The notes below the pieces were generated by a model. It worked only from the letters and a program-made list of their open reading frames with translations. It did not search any database and had not been told where the DNA came from. Shown here piece by piece: positions 18,590 through 25,903 of a stretch of DNA of 31,015 bases. Within the stretch, counting starts at the first letter, position 1. Each line of letters opens with the position of its first letter. The DNA lies in the IMG/VR virus record IMGVR_UViG_3300025571_000015, positions 1 through 31,015 of that record; one strand, 5' to 3'. The stretch is from a virus. Lineage: Duplodnaviria; Caudoviricetes. A program made the translations under genes and the position numbers.

Positions 18590-19362
18590 GCGAGCCCCCG
18601 CCGCTGCAGGACCGGCTTCGGGCTGCTGCGCAGATTCACGTGGTGGGCTTCCCGCCCGTCGGCGTAGGGGCGGAAGGCGTCGTAGCCGAGCCCGACAAGC
18701 ACGGTCCGCAGCCGTGGGGCGTCCGTGCAGTCGAGGCCGAGCTGCCACCACGCCAGCGGCCGGCCGACCGGGCCCGGGTACGCAACCGCGTCGGAGCGGA
18801 GCTCGTGCGTCGAGCGGCCGGGCGGGTTCGCCGGGTTCGCCCACGGCAGCCGGGCCAGCCAGGCCGCGTACAGCGCCGCCTGCGAGAGCTTGCCGTACCG
18901 CTCGGCGACCCCCTTGCGCCGGTCGGCGCTGGTGAGCGTCCCCTGCCAGCCGTGGCGGCGGGCGTCCTCGAGCATCAGCGCGTGCCCGCGGAAGACCGGG
19001 GTGCCGTCGAACGCGACCGTCTCGTTCAGCCGCAGCCGGCGCCGCTGCTTGGCGCGCAGGACGGCGGCGGGGGTGCGGGTGTGCGGCGCCCGCACGTTGA
19101 GCTGGGCGGCGACCGTCGGCGGGTGCTTGGCGGGCAGCCCGATCGCCCAGCGCACCTCCCGCCAGGCTGCCAGCGTCTCGTCATCGAAGACGCCGTCCAC
19201 CGTGATGCTGCGCCTCGTGAGCCTGCGCAGATGGGCGGGCACGCGGGCGAGCCGGGCGTTCAGGCCCTGCTGGAAGCGGCGGACGTCCTCTCCGCGATGC
19301 CCACGGCGCAGCCGCCGGTGCGGGCGGCCGTTGTGGTGCCACGAGCGGTCGAGGCTGGCCAT
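18586..19362 (-). CDS. Endolysin: peptidoglycan-binding domain + M15-type Zn peptidase
   Basis: LRRGHRGEDVRRFQ...DGVFDDET (PG-binding); TSADR...Q..LY...ANPPGRSTH...LD...EAHH (M15/VanY-like). Confidence 0.78.
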   Translation of the reverse strand: MASLDRSWHHNGRPHRRLRRGHRGEDVRRFQQGLNARLARVPAHLRRLTRRSITVDGVFDDETLAAWREVRWAIGLPAKHPPTVAAQLNVRAPHTRTPAAVLRAKQRRRLRLNETVAFDGTPVFRGHALMLEDARRHGWQGTLTSADRRKGVAERYGKLSQAALYAAWLARLPWANPANPPGRSTHELRSDAVAYPGPVGRPLAWWQLGLDCTDAPRLRTVLVGLGYDAFRPYADGREAHHVNLRSSPKPVLQRRGLA

Positions 19363-19405
19363 CGCCCGTGATCGTCCGTGCGCCAGCCCCCGGCGCCTAG
19401 GATTT

Positions 19406-19459
19406 CGGCCAGGTGCGGGGCCATCAGGCCGGCCAGGTGTCCGACCGGGCCGGTATCCT
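19406..19459 (+). promoter_or_regulatory. Divergent control region: two CGGCCAGGTG boxes and TATCCT -10
   Basis: 10-bp direct repeats at 19406-19415 and 19430-19439; TATCCT at 19454-19459, 8 nt before ATG 19468. Confidence 0.45.
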
Positions 19460-19467
19460 CACCGGCG

Positions 19468-19710
19468 ATGGTGCTGTCGATGACGCTGAGGGAGGCGCGC
19501 GAGCGGGCCCAGCTGTCGCAGGAGCGGCTGGCCGCCTACGCGTGGGTGAGCGTCCGCACCATCCGGCGGATCGAGCAGGGGCTGGTCGTGCCGAACATGT
19601 CGACGCGGCGGGCGATCGTGGACGCGCTCGCCCGGCGGTTGAGGCTGCCGGAGGGGGAGAGGCTCGCGATCGCGTGGCCCGCCCCGGCGAGGCTCAGACA
19701 GGCGGCGTGA
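19468..19710 (+). CDS. XRE-family helix-turn-helix regulator
   Basis: LREARERAQLSQERLAAYAWVSVRTIRRIEQG...P is a classic HTH_3 pattern; alternative start 19480. Confidence 0.9.
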   Translation: MVLSMTLREARERAQLSQERLAAYAWVSVRTIRRIEQGLVVPNMSTRRAIVDALARRLRLPEGERLAIAWPAPARLRQAA

Positions 19711-19712
19711 GC

Positions 19713-19738
19713 ACCAGGCCGGGCGGCCCGGCCGTGGT
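19713..19738. terminator. GC hairpin between convergent XRE and terL genes
   Basis: acca-ggccggg-cgg-cccggcc-g-tggt; no U-tract, which is common in high-GC Actinobacteria. Confidence 0.5.
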
Positions 19739-21249
19739 CACCAGACGTTCGGGTCGTGCCGGATGCGCAGCGCCTCGCTCACCCGCCCCCGTCCGCTGCG
19801 CAGCCTTCCCCCGCCATGGTGCTCGTCCGGCGTGGTCGTGATCGCCATCACGACCGCGTCCCCCAGGTCGGGGGAGCGGCCGAGCCGCTTGCGCACGTCC
19901 TGCTTCTTCTCAACCGCGATCCGGCCCGCCGCGTCGAGCTCATGCCTCGGGGTGGACAGGTCGACGGCCAGATCGTCGGCGAGGTCGCCCTCGTCGGGGC
20001 CGGGCAGCCGCCACAAGCCGTCCCGGAGCGCTTCCCGGGCGGTCCACCACGCCTCCGCCTTGCGGTTGGTGAACCGGGCGGGGCGGCGTGCTCTGACGCC
20101 GCCGCGGAACCCGACGACGCGGCGGCCGCGCGCCCGGAGCATGTCGCCGATCGGGCCGCCGAGCCCGTCCTCGTCCACGACCGCCTTCCAGTTCGCCGGC
20201 CGGTCGCCGAGCAGCCGGTCGACGTGCTCGACGACGCGGGCGGTGTCCGACTCGGCGAGCAGACCGAGGATCCTCACCTCGCCCCGGTAGGCCTCGACGA
20301 TGGCGGTCATGTCCGCCCCGTCGCGGGCGGGGTCGACGGCGATGACGCCGCCCAGCGGCCCGTCCGGGTTGGGGTCGACGCCGTGCTCGAGCCGGCGGGC
20401 GCGGGCGACGATCCAGCCGGGGATGACCGCGTTCTCCGCTCCCGCCGCGAACCGGCCGCGTACCTTCGCCTGGTAGAGCGCCGAGTCCTCGCCCCAGCGT
20501 TCCCTGCGCTCCTGCACCCACGTCGGGGACAGCAGCAGCGCCCGCAGCTCGTCCGGTACCGGCTCCCCGGTGAAGTTCGGCGACGCCAGCCCGTCGAGGC
20601 CGATCACGTGCCAGCCCTTGCCCTCCCTGGACTCGGGGTTGCAGACGGCGGCGAAGTGGCTCTCGGGGTCGTCGGGGTTGCCGATCGCGAGCAGCCGGGC
20701 GTGCTCGTTGGTGACGAGCGCGTCGGCGGCGTCCCACAGCGCCCGCGGCACACCGCACGCCTCATCGATCACGACGAGCACGTGCTTGGCGTGGATACCC
20801 TGGAATGCGGCCTGGTCGTGGTCGGCGGGCTTGCGGCCGTACCCGATCAGCCGCTCACCGTGGAAGAGGCGGTTGTCGCCGAGCAGCCGCAGCCGGCCGT
20901 CGAGGCCGGCGTCGCGGATCGCGGCGCGCAGCTCGCGGCCGATGATCGCGTCAACCTGCGGGTAGGTGGGGGCGGTCCAGACGACGAACACCTCGTCGGG
21001 GGGGTGGACGTCGCACCACCAGGCGATGATGTTCGCGGCGATCCACGACTTGCCCATGTCGTGAGCGGCGTGGACCGCGACGTAGCGGTGGTCGCGGACG
21101 GCCTCGGCGATCTCGCGCTGCTTGGACCACAGGTGCGCGCCACGACGGGCGGTCGACCAGCCGACCGGGTCGTCCTGGTACGGGTCAGGTCTGGGCCACA
21201 GCAGGTCGACGACGGCCTGGGCGGTGCCCCGCGGGGCGAGGGCGGTCAT
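19738..21249 (-). CDS. terL: Terminase large subunit
   Basis: Walker A-like AAHDMGKS, Walker B VVIDEA, AIGNP coupling motif, nuclease AVDPA and SPDLGDA. An in-frame upstream GTG at 21405 is possible. Confidence 0.95.
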   Translation of the reverse strand: MTALAPRGTAQAVVDLLWPRPDPYQDDPVGWSTARRGAHLWSKQREIAEAVRDHRYVAVHAAHDMGKSWIAANIIAWWCDVHPPDEVFVVWTAPTYPQVDAIIGRELRAAIRDAGLDGRLRLLGDNRLFHGERLIGYGRKPADHDQAAFQGIHAKHVLVVIDEACGVPRALWDAADALVTNEHARLLAIGNPDDPESHFAAVCNPESREGKGWHVIGLDGLASPNFTGEPVPDELRALLLSPTWVQERRERWGEDSALYQAKVRGRFAAGAENAVIPGWIVARARRLEHGVDPNPDGPLGGVIAVDPARDGADMTAIVEAYRGEVRILGLLAESDTARVVEHVDRLLGDRPANWKAVVDEDGLGGPIGDMLRARGRRVVGFRGGVRARRPARFTNRKAEAWWTAREALRDGLWRLPGPDEGDLADDLAVDLSTPRHELDAAGRIAVEKKQDVRKRLGRSPDLGDAVVMAITTTPDEHHGGGRLRSGRGRVSEALRIRHDPNVW

Positions 21250-21338
21250 CGCACCCCCCGCCGGGCCGCTTGGGGGGTCGGCCACGCCCCCGGCCGTTGC
21301 AGCGGCGCGGGGGCAACATTGACCCCCACATTCTCCCA

Positions 21339-21369
21339 TGCTGACCGAGTGGCCGCTCAAGCAGGAGGC
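21339..21369. repeat. 31-bp perfect inverted repeat, copy 2 (partner 11305-11335)
   Basis: tgctgaccgagtggccgctcaagcaggaggc; extends to 33/34 identity over 21339-21372. Confidence 0.95.
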
Positions 21370-21438
21370 CGCGAGTTTTGCAGGGGGTTTTGCAACCGCG
21401 GTCACGCCGCCTCCCGTCCAAAACTCGCGGCCTCCTGC
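21361..21438. repeat. 20-bp perfect inverted repeat with 38-nt loop
   Basis: gcaggaggccgcgagttttg (21361-21380) and caaaactcgcggcctcctgc (21419-21438). Confidence 0.95.
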
Positions 21439-21460
21439 GCGGTCACGCCGCCTCCCGTCC
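21397..21460. repeat. 23-bp direct repeat duplicating the terS 3' end
   Basis: cgcggtcacgccgcctcccgtcc at 21397-21419 and 21438-21460. Confidence 0.95.
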
Positions 21461-22114
21461 CTCGATCGCCTCGCCGCCCTGCTCCAGCGCCGCCAGGTGC
21501 CGGCGCACGACCTCCGGCGCCCGCGGATCGTTCCGCACCCCAAGCTCGTCCAGGATCGCGCCGATCGTGACGGCGAGCATGCCGCCCATCTGCTCGGCCA
21601 GCCGCTGCTGACGCTCCTCGATCCCGACGTCATGGCAGGTCTTCGCCACCGCCCGCAGCCGGTCGCGCTCCTCCCCCAGCATCCGCGTCAGCACATGCGG
21701 CTCGACGCGCGGGTAGGAGTCCCCGCCGCCGCCGACCGGCCCGAACAGCTCGCCGCGGTCGAGCTCGGCGACCTCGCCGGCGAGCCACCGCACGATCCCA
21801 TGCGCGCGCCACAGCTCCTCGAGCAGCGCGTCGCGCGGGTCGACTCTGACCGGCAGCCCGTAGACGCGAGCGGCCCGCTCAGCCTCCAGCCGCTGCGCGC
21901 GGGCGACATGGTTGCGCGTCGCGCCGCCGTGCCGCTTGCACGGCCCGGTTCTGTGCGGGGTGCCGTGCCCGGCTGGGAGCCGGCAGCGTCTGCCCGACCC
22001 GTCACGCTTGACCGCCCCGCACCACCTCGGGTCAATCGGCGGCTCCACCTCCGGCTCATGACCTGCGGTGCTGTCGGCGGGCTTCATGACGTGATCGGGG
22101 TCCTGGGATGCCAT
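21443..22114 (-). CDS. terS: Terminase small subunit (HGGxSTG-like Zn-binding N-terminus)
   Basis: CGAVKR...CRLPAGHGTPH...CKRHGGAT followed by a helical region; lies upstream of terL. Confidence 0.75.
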   Translation of the reverse strand: MASQDPDHVMKPADSTAGHEPEVEPPIDPRWCGAVKRDGSGRRCRLPAGHGTPHRTGPCKRHGGATRNHVARAQRLEAERAARVYGLPVRVDPRDALLEELWRAHGIVRWLAGEVAELDRGELFGPVGGGGDSYPRVEPHVLTRMLGEERDRLRAVAKTCHDVGIEERQQRLAEQMGGMLAVTIGAILDELGVRNDPRAPEVVRRHLAALEQGGEAIEGREAA

Positions 22115-22129
22115 GGGGTCAGCGGCACC

Positions 22130-22528
22130 TCATGGCCGCACCACCAGGCTGCAGAGGTCCTGAGCCCACCCGAGCTGCCTGGACTCCCACTCTGCGTCGG
22201 CGCGGTCCCTACGGAGCGCCGCGCGGATCTCGCCCTCGACGATGGATCGGATGCCCCTCGGATCTCGGTCGAAGTGGCCCTCGGCCATCGTGAGCGTGAT
22301 CGTGACGGGGCCTCCGTCTTCCCAGTTCACCTCGGCGCGGATCGTGCCTTCAGGGTCCCTCTGCGTCCGGTGCCGAAGCACCTCGTCGAGAGTGTCTGCG
22401 AGGTAGCGTGCTGCGCGACGTGGCATGTGCGCCCCGAGCGTCACGCGGGCGCTGACGGTCTTGTCGGCCTCGTGCAGGCGCTCGACGTGGACTCTGGTGA
22501 TCGCTGCCTCGTGCTGTTGATCGCTCAT
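22130..22528 (-). CDS. Hypothetical phage protein
   Basis: 132 aa; RBS GAAGGGGAG; ATGA-coupled. Confidence 0.65.
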   Translation of the reverse strand: MSDQQHEAAITRVHVERLHEADKTVSARVTLGAHMPRRAARYLADTLDEVLRHRTQRDPEGTIRAEVNWEDGGPVTITLTMAEGHFDRDPRGIRSIVEGEIRAALRRDRADAEWESRQLGWAQDLCSLVVRP

Positions 22529-22770
22529 GCTCTGGATTCTCCCCTTCTTGTCGGTGCCCGTTCAAGTTCGTCGGCGAGGGTGGCGGCGGCTGTGTCGACG
22601 CGCGACCCGCTGATCTCGCGGAGTCCGACGAACGCCCGGTACCAGGCGGCGCCGTCCCGCAGCCGCTGTCTGGTGGTCTGGACGGCGAGGCGGAAGCGGC
22701 GGCCGGGGTGTTCGAGCAGGACGTCGAGGCCGCGGGCGTGGGCGGCCCGGAACAGGCGCTCGAGGCTCAC
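22525..22770 (-). CDS. Hypothetical phage protein
   Basis: 81 aa; GGAGG-GTGA coupling to the glycosyltransferase stop. Confidence 0.6.
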   Translation of the reverse strand: MSLERLFRAAHARGLDVLLEHPGRRFRLAVQTTRQRLRDGAAWYRAFVGLREISGSRVDTAAATLADELERAPTRRGESRA

Positions 22771-23402
22771 GCCGCCTCCCTCATCTCCCGTGTCTGGCCG
22801 GGGAAGGTGGTGGAACGGGCGGCCCGGTGCGGGGTGTGCCGCGGGATCGTGGACCGGCCCGTCTGGTGCTGCACCGGGTTCGGCGCCACGCCCAGCAGAG
22901 GCCGTCCGCGAGCGATCAGGTGGTCGCGCAGCACGACGTCGAACCCGCCCTGCGGGTCCTTGACCGTGGCGAGTTCGCTAGTGACGCGGTGCGAGATCAC
23001 GACGGCCAGGCTGCCGATCAGCCGCCTCGCGGCGATGAGCGGGAACACCACCGGCCTCTTCGCCCACGCCGACGGCGAGAGGCGCGCCGGGTAGTGGCGG
23101 TCGCCGGGCAGGTACAGCCAACAGGCCGTGTCGGCCTCCTCGGCCATGACAGCAGCGGCCTCGACGGCAGGGCTCATCGTGGCCTCGTCGATGAGCAGGT
23201 CGTCCTCGAGCAGCAGCACGGGGCCGCGGCCGTCGATCGCGGCGAGGCAGTGGCGGACGTGCGCGTGGTTGGACCGCTCCGGGTCGTGCTGGACGCTCAC
23301 CTCCGGTGAGATGCCGGCGGCCGCGAGCCCCTTGAGCGTGAGTTCGCGTTCGCGCCGCCGCTCGGGGACGGAGATCATCACCGCTCGCAGCCTCCCGGTC
23401 AC
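22767..23402 (-). CDS. GT-A fold glycosyltransferase-like protein
   Basis: AVMISVPERR start, SNHAH...C, PVLLLEDDLL (DxD-like), GSLAVVI, FDVVL, PNPVQH; RBS AAGGAGG. Confidence 0.7.
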   Translation of the reverse strand: MTGRLRAVMISVPERRRERELTLKGLAAAGISPEVSVQHDPERSNHAHVRHCLAAIDGRGPVLLLEDDLLIDEATMSPAVEAAAVMAEEADTACWLYLPGDRHYPARLSPSAWAKRPVVFPLIAARRLIGSLAVVISHRVTSELATVKDPQGGFDVVLRDHLIARGRPLLGVAPNPVQHQTGRSTIPRHTPHRAARSTTFPGQTREMREAA

Positions 23403-23429
23403 GCTGCCTCCTTGAGCGCCGCGTGGTCG

Positions 23430-23615
23430 TCAGCGACCCCGCAGGGCCTGCGGCCGGGTCGGGATGCCATGGCTGTGCAGCGCCTGCTTGACCCGGCTCG
23501 GGGAGCAGCCGAGCTGGCCGGCGATCTCGGCGATCGGCCGGCCCTCGACCGTGTACCTGGCGGTCAGCCAGCTCGGGTCCCTGAGCTGTGGGTAGCGCCA
23601 CTGGGCGCCGCTCAT
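23430..23615 (-). CDS. Small helix-turn-helix protein
   Basis: LRDPSWLTARYTVEGRPIAEIAGQLGCSPSRVKQALHSHGIPTR; ATGA-coupled to the cysH-like gene. Confidence 0.8.
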   Translation of the reverse strand: MSGAQWRYPQLRDPSWLTARYTVEGRPIAEIAGQLGCSPSRVKQALHSHGIPTRPQALRGR

Positions 23616-24373
23616 CGGGCGTTCACCATGTCGCCGAGCACGCTCTGCGGCGGGTCGGTGAACGCCGCGAGGCCCGGGGTCACCGCGCAGCGCTCCTCCC
23701 ACCAGTCGGGGAAGTGGACCGGGCCCGGCTGCGCCCACGGCGCCCGCTGGTTCAGCCCGCCGCCGGGCATGAACAGGCACGGGTGCGACCGCTCCTGCCA
23801 GCCCGCCAGCCGGTAGAGCGGATGCACCGGCGCCCTGTAGAGCGTGATCGTGTCGAGCACGTCCTGCTCGGTCCAGTGGAGCATCGGCAGGCAGATCAGC
23901 GGCCTCCCCCAGTCCCTGCCGGCGACGTACTGGTTGCGGTGGCGGGCGTACATCTTCCCGCGCCGCTGCCGGGTGACCGACTCGGCCGACCGGATCGCCA
24001 AGATCTGCTTGTCGACCCCGTGCCGGGCGAGCAGGTCGCGCATCAGGTGCCGGTCGTGCCGCTCACGGGCGGCGACGAGCCTGGCGACACGGCGGCCGCC
24101 GCCGTCGCGCAGATCCCTCAGGTGGCCCGACCAGGACAGCACCTCGAAGGTGAGGTGCGGCGCCCGATCCCGCCACTGCTCCAGCAGCTGCGGGGTGCCG
24201 GGGTAGCCGTCCTCGCCGTGCGAGCCGAGCACGACCACCCCGCTTCTCCACACCTCGGCCGCGACGGCGAGCAGCGCGGTCGAGTCCTTCCCCGCCGACC
24301 AGGCCAGGACCGCCCTGCCCTCGAGCCGTTCGAGCTCGGACTGGAGCGCCGCCAGCTGGACCGCGAGCATCAC
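23612..24373 (-). CDS. cysH: CysH/PAPS-reductase-like PP-loop protein of type IV-B CRISPR-Cas
   Basis: AWSAGKDS PP-loop, IRSAESVTR, PMLHWTEQDV...VHPLY; start overlaps the csf3 stop (TAGTG). Confidence 0.88.
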   Translation of the reverse strand: MMLAVQLAALQSELERLEGRAVLAWSAGKDSTALLAVAAEVWRSGVVVLGSHGEDGYPGTPQLLEQWRDRAPHLTFEVLSWSGHLRDLRDGGGRRVARLVAARERHDRHLMRDLLARHGVDKQILAIRSAESVTRQRRGKMYARHRNQYVAGRDWGRPLICLPMLHWTEQDVLDTITLYRAPVHPLYRLAGWQERSHPCLFMPGGGLNQRAPWAQPGPVHFPDWWEERCAVTPGLAAFTDPPQSVLGDMVNAR

Positions 24374-25029
24374 TAGGCGGCCTCCAGCAGCGGAGCGCCC
24401 GGCTCGATCGCCGGCCGCCACCACGGCCGGTACCACTGCGGCGGGTCGACCCCGGTCGGCCGGCCGTGCGGGTGCGGGATCGGCCGGCGGGCGATCCCGC
24501 CCCACGACCGCCACCTGTAGCCGCTGTCGTCGTGCTCGATCTCCCACCGCACGACCTGCCCGTACCCCTGGCTGCGCTTCTTCCCGATCGCTGTCACCTG
24601 CCGCAGCAGCTTCCTCAGGTCGCTCGCTTGGCCTTCGGCGCGGGCCTCCCACACCCGGTACGGCCACAGCGTCAGCGCCTCGTCGTGCGAGCGGCGCGGC
24701 CCGTGCCCGACCGCGACCTGCCGGTCGGCGATCAGGAAGTCGTACTCCAGCGCCGGGCGCAGCCGCCACCGCGTCTCCGCCCGCACCGGGTCATCAACCC
24801 CGGCCGGCCACAGGCACGAGCACGCCCACATCCCGCCCTCCCGCCGCAGCGGCAGCGACACCCTCTCCAGCGGGTCGGACGACGTGTGGCCGATGATCGG
24901 CCGGGGGCCGCGCAGCAGCACGACCGCCCACGCCAGCAGCGCGTCCAGGTGCACGTACGGGTTGGGGCCGGCGACAGGGGCGCCGGTGTAGCAGCGGATC
25001 ACCAGCGGCGACCCCTCCCTGACGCTCAC
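24373..25029 (-). CDS. csf3: Type IV Cas5-like RAMP Csf3
   Basis: HLDALLAWA, WACS, and G-rich loop IGKKRSQGYGQVVRWEI, RRPIP, PPQW; GTG 25029 overlaps the csf2 stop. Confidence 0.9.
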   Translation of the reverse strand: MSVREGSPLVIRCYTGAPVAGPNPYVHLDALLAWAVVLLRGPRPIIGHTSSDPLERVSLPLRREGGMWACSCLWPAGVDDPVRAETRWRLRPALEYDFLIADRQVAVGHGPRRSHDEALTLWPYRVWEARAEGQASDLRKLLRQVTAIGKKRSQGYGQVVRWEIEHDDSGYRWRSWGGIARRPIPHPHGRPTGVDPPQWYRPWWRPAIEPGAPLLEAA

Positions 25030-25901
25030 ACCAACGCCCCCTGCGCCGGCTTCCTGACCGCGAGGAAGTCGCGGGCCCGGTCCGCATGCTCGACCACGTG
25101 CTGCTGGTAGGCGTCGATCGCGTCGGTCTGGGTCCTGGCCCACTGCTCGAGGTCCCAACGGAACCGGCCGTGGCCGATCGCCCCCCGGCCACCGAGCTTC
25201 TGCCACTCCGAGCAGGTGGCGATCGCGTCCGCGAGGCAGCCGGCCAGGACCGGGTTGCGGGACTGGAGCACCAGCCCGTGCAGCAGCCGGGTGCCGGGGA
25301 TCAGCGCCTCGAACTGGTAGCGCATCTGCACATCGCTCGACTCACCCTCGAGCATGTCGGTCCGGTCGTCACGGCGCGAGTAGGAGACCTCGGTGAGCAG
25401 GTCGAACACCGAGTGGACCGGGCCGGTCTCGTAGGCGGGGTGGCCGGCGTGGCCGGGCAGGTCCTGCATCTCCCGGCAGACGGGCTCGCCGCGCCACACC
25501 TCCAGCCGGCCGCCCAGCACGCGGGCGCCGAAGGAGCAGCCGAACAGCTCCAGGATCGGCAGGGTGCTGCGCAGCTCCATCAGGTCGTCCACCCGGTGCG
25601 CGTAGTCGCTGCCCTCGAGGTAGCCGCCGGAGAACAGCAGGTAGAAGCTCCTGGACGGCAGCTCCCGGTCCTGGACCCCGAGCAGGTCGCAGAGGCGCAG
25701 CGCCGCCGCCCGCCGCAGCATCCCCCGAATCGCGTTACCGCTGTAGATGGGCACGTCGAGGATCTCCCCGTCGCCGGTGACGATCGGCTCGCGGCGGAAC
25801 CGCTGCATGATCTCCACCTTCTCGTCCGAGTGGATCAGCGGGCTGGTGACGGTGATCACCGACGGCACCTTGATGTGCCTGTCAGGCAGGACGGTCAGCA
25901 C
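25026..25901 (-). CDS. csf2: Type IV Cas7-like backbone RAMP Csf2
   Basis: TSPLIH, VPIYSGNAIRGMLRR, LLFSGG, LELFG, QMRYQFEALIPGTRL, LGGRGAIGHG. Confidence 0.93.
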   Translation of the reverse strand: MLTVLPDRHIKVPSVITVTSPLIHSDEKVEIMQRFRREPIVTGDGEILDVPIYSGNAIRGMLRRAAALRLCDLLGVQDRELPSRSFYLLFSGGYLEGSDYAHRVDDLMELRSTLPILELFGCSFGARVLGGRLEVWRGEPVCREMQDLPGHAGHPAYETGPVHSVFDLLTEVSYSRRDDRTDMLEGESSDVQMRYQFEALIPGTRLLHGLVLQSRNPVLAGCLADAIATCSEWQKLGGRGAIGHGRFRWDLEQWARTQTDAIDAYQQHVVEHADRARDFLAVRKPAQGALV

Positions 25902-25903
25902 GG

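Noticed and set aside
21319-21342. TTGACC...CATGCT as a sigma-70 promoter
   Set aside because: The spacing is only 12 nt.
11305-21369. Diversity-generating retroelement TR/VR pair or transposon terminal repeats
   Set aside because: No reverse transcriptase or transposase is present, there are no adenine-specific mismatches or target duplication, and the repeat is short.
21338-22963. 541-aa plus-strand ORF starting MLTEWPLKQEAA as a paralogue of the tail gene
   Set aside because: Similarity is limited to the 31-34-nt repeat; the rest is antisense to terS and its neighbours.
23612-24373. cysH as a sulfur-assimilation auxiliary metabolic gene
   Set aside because: It lacks the catalytic C-terminal ECGLH and the Fe-S cysteines, and it is coupled to csf3 as in IV-B loci.
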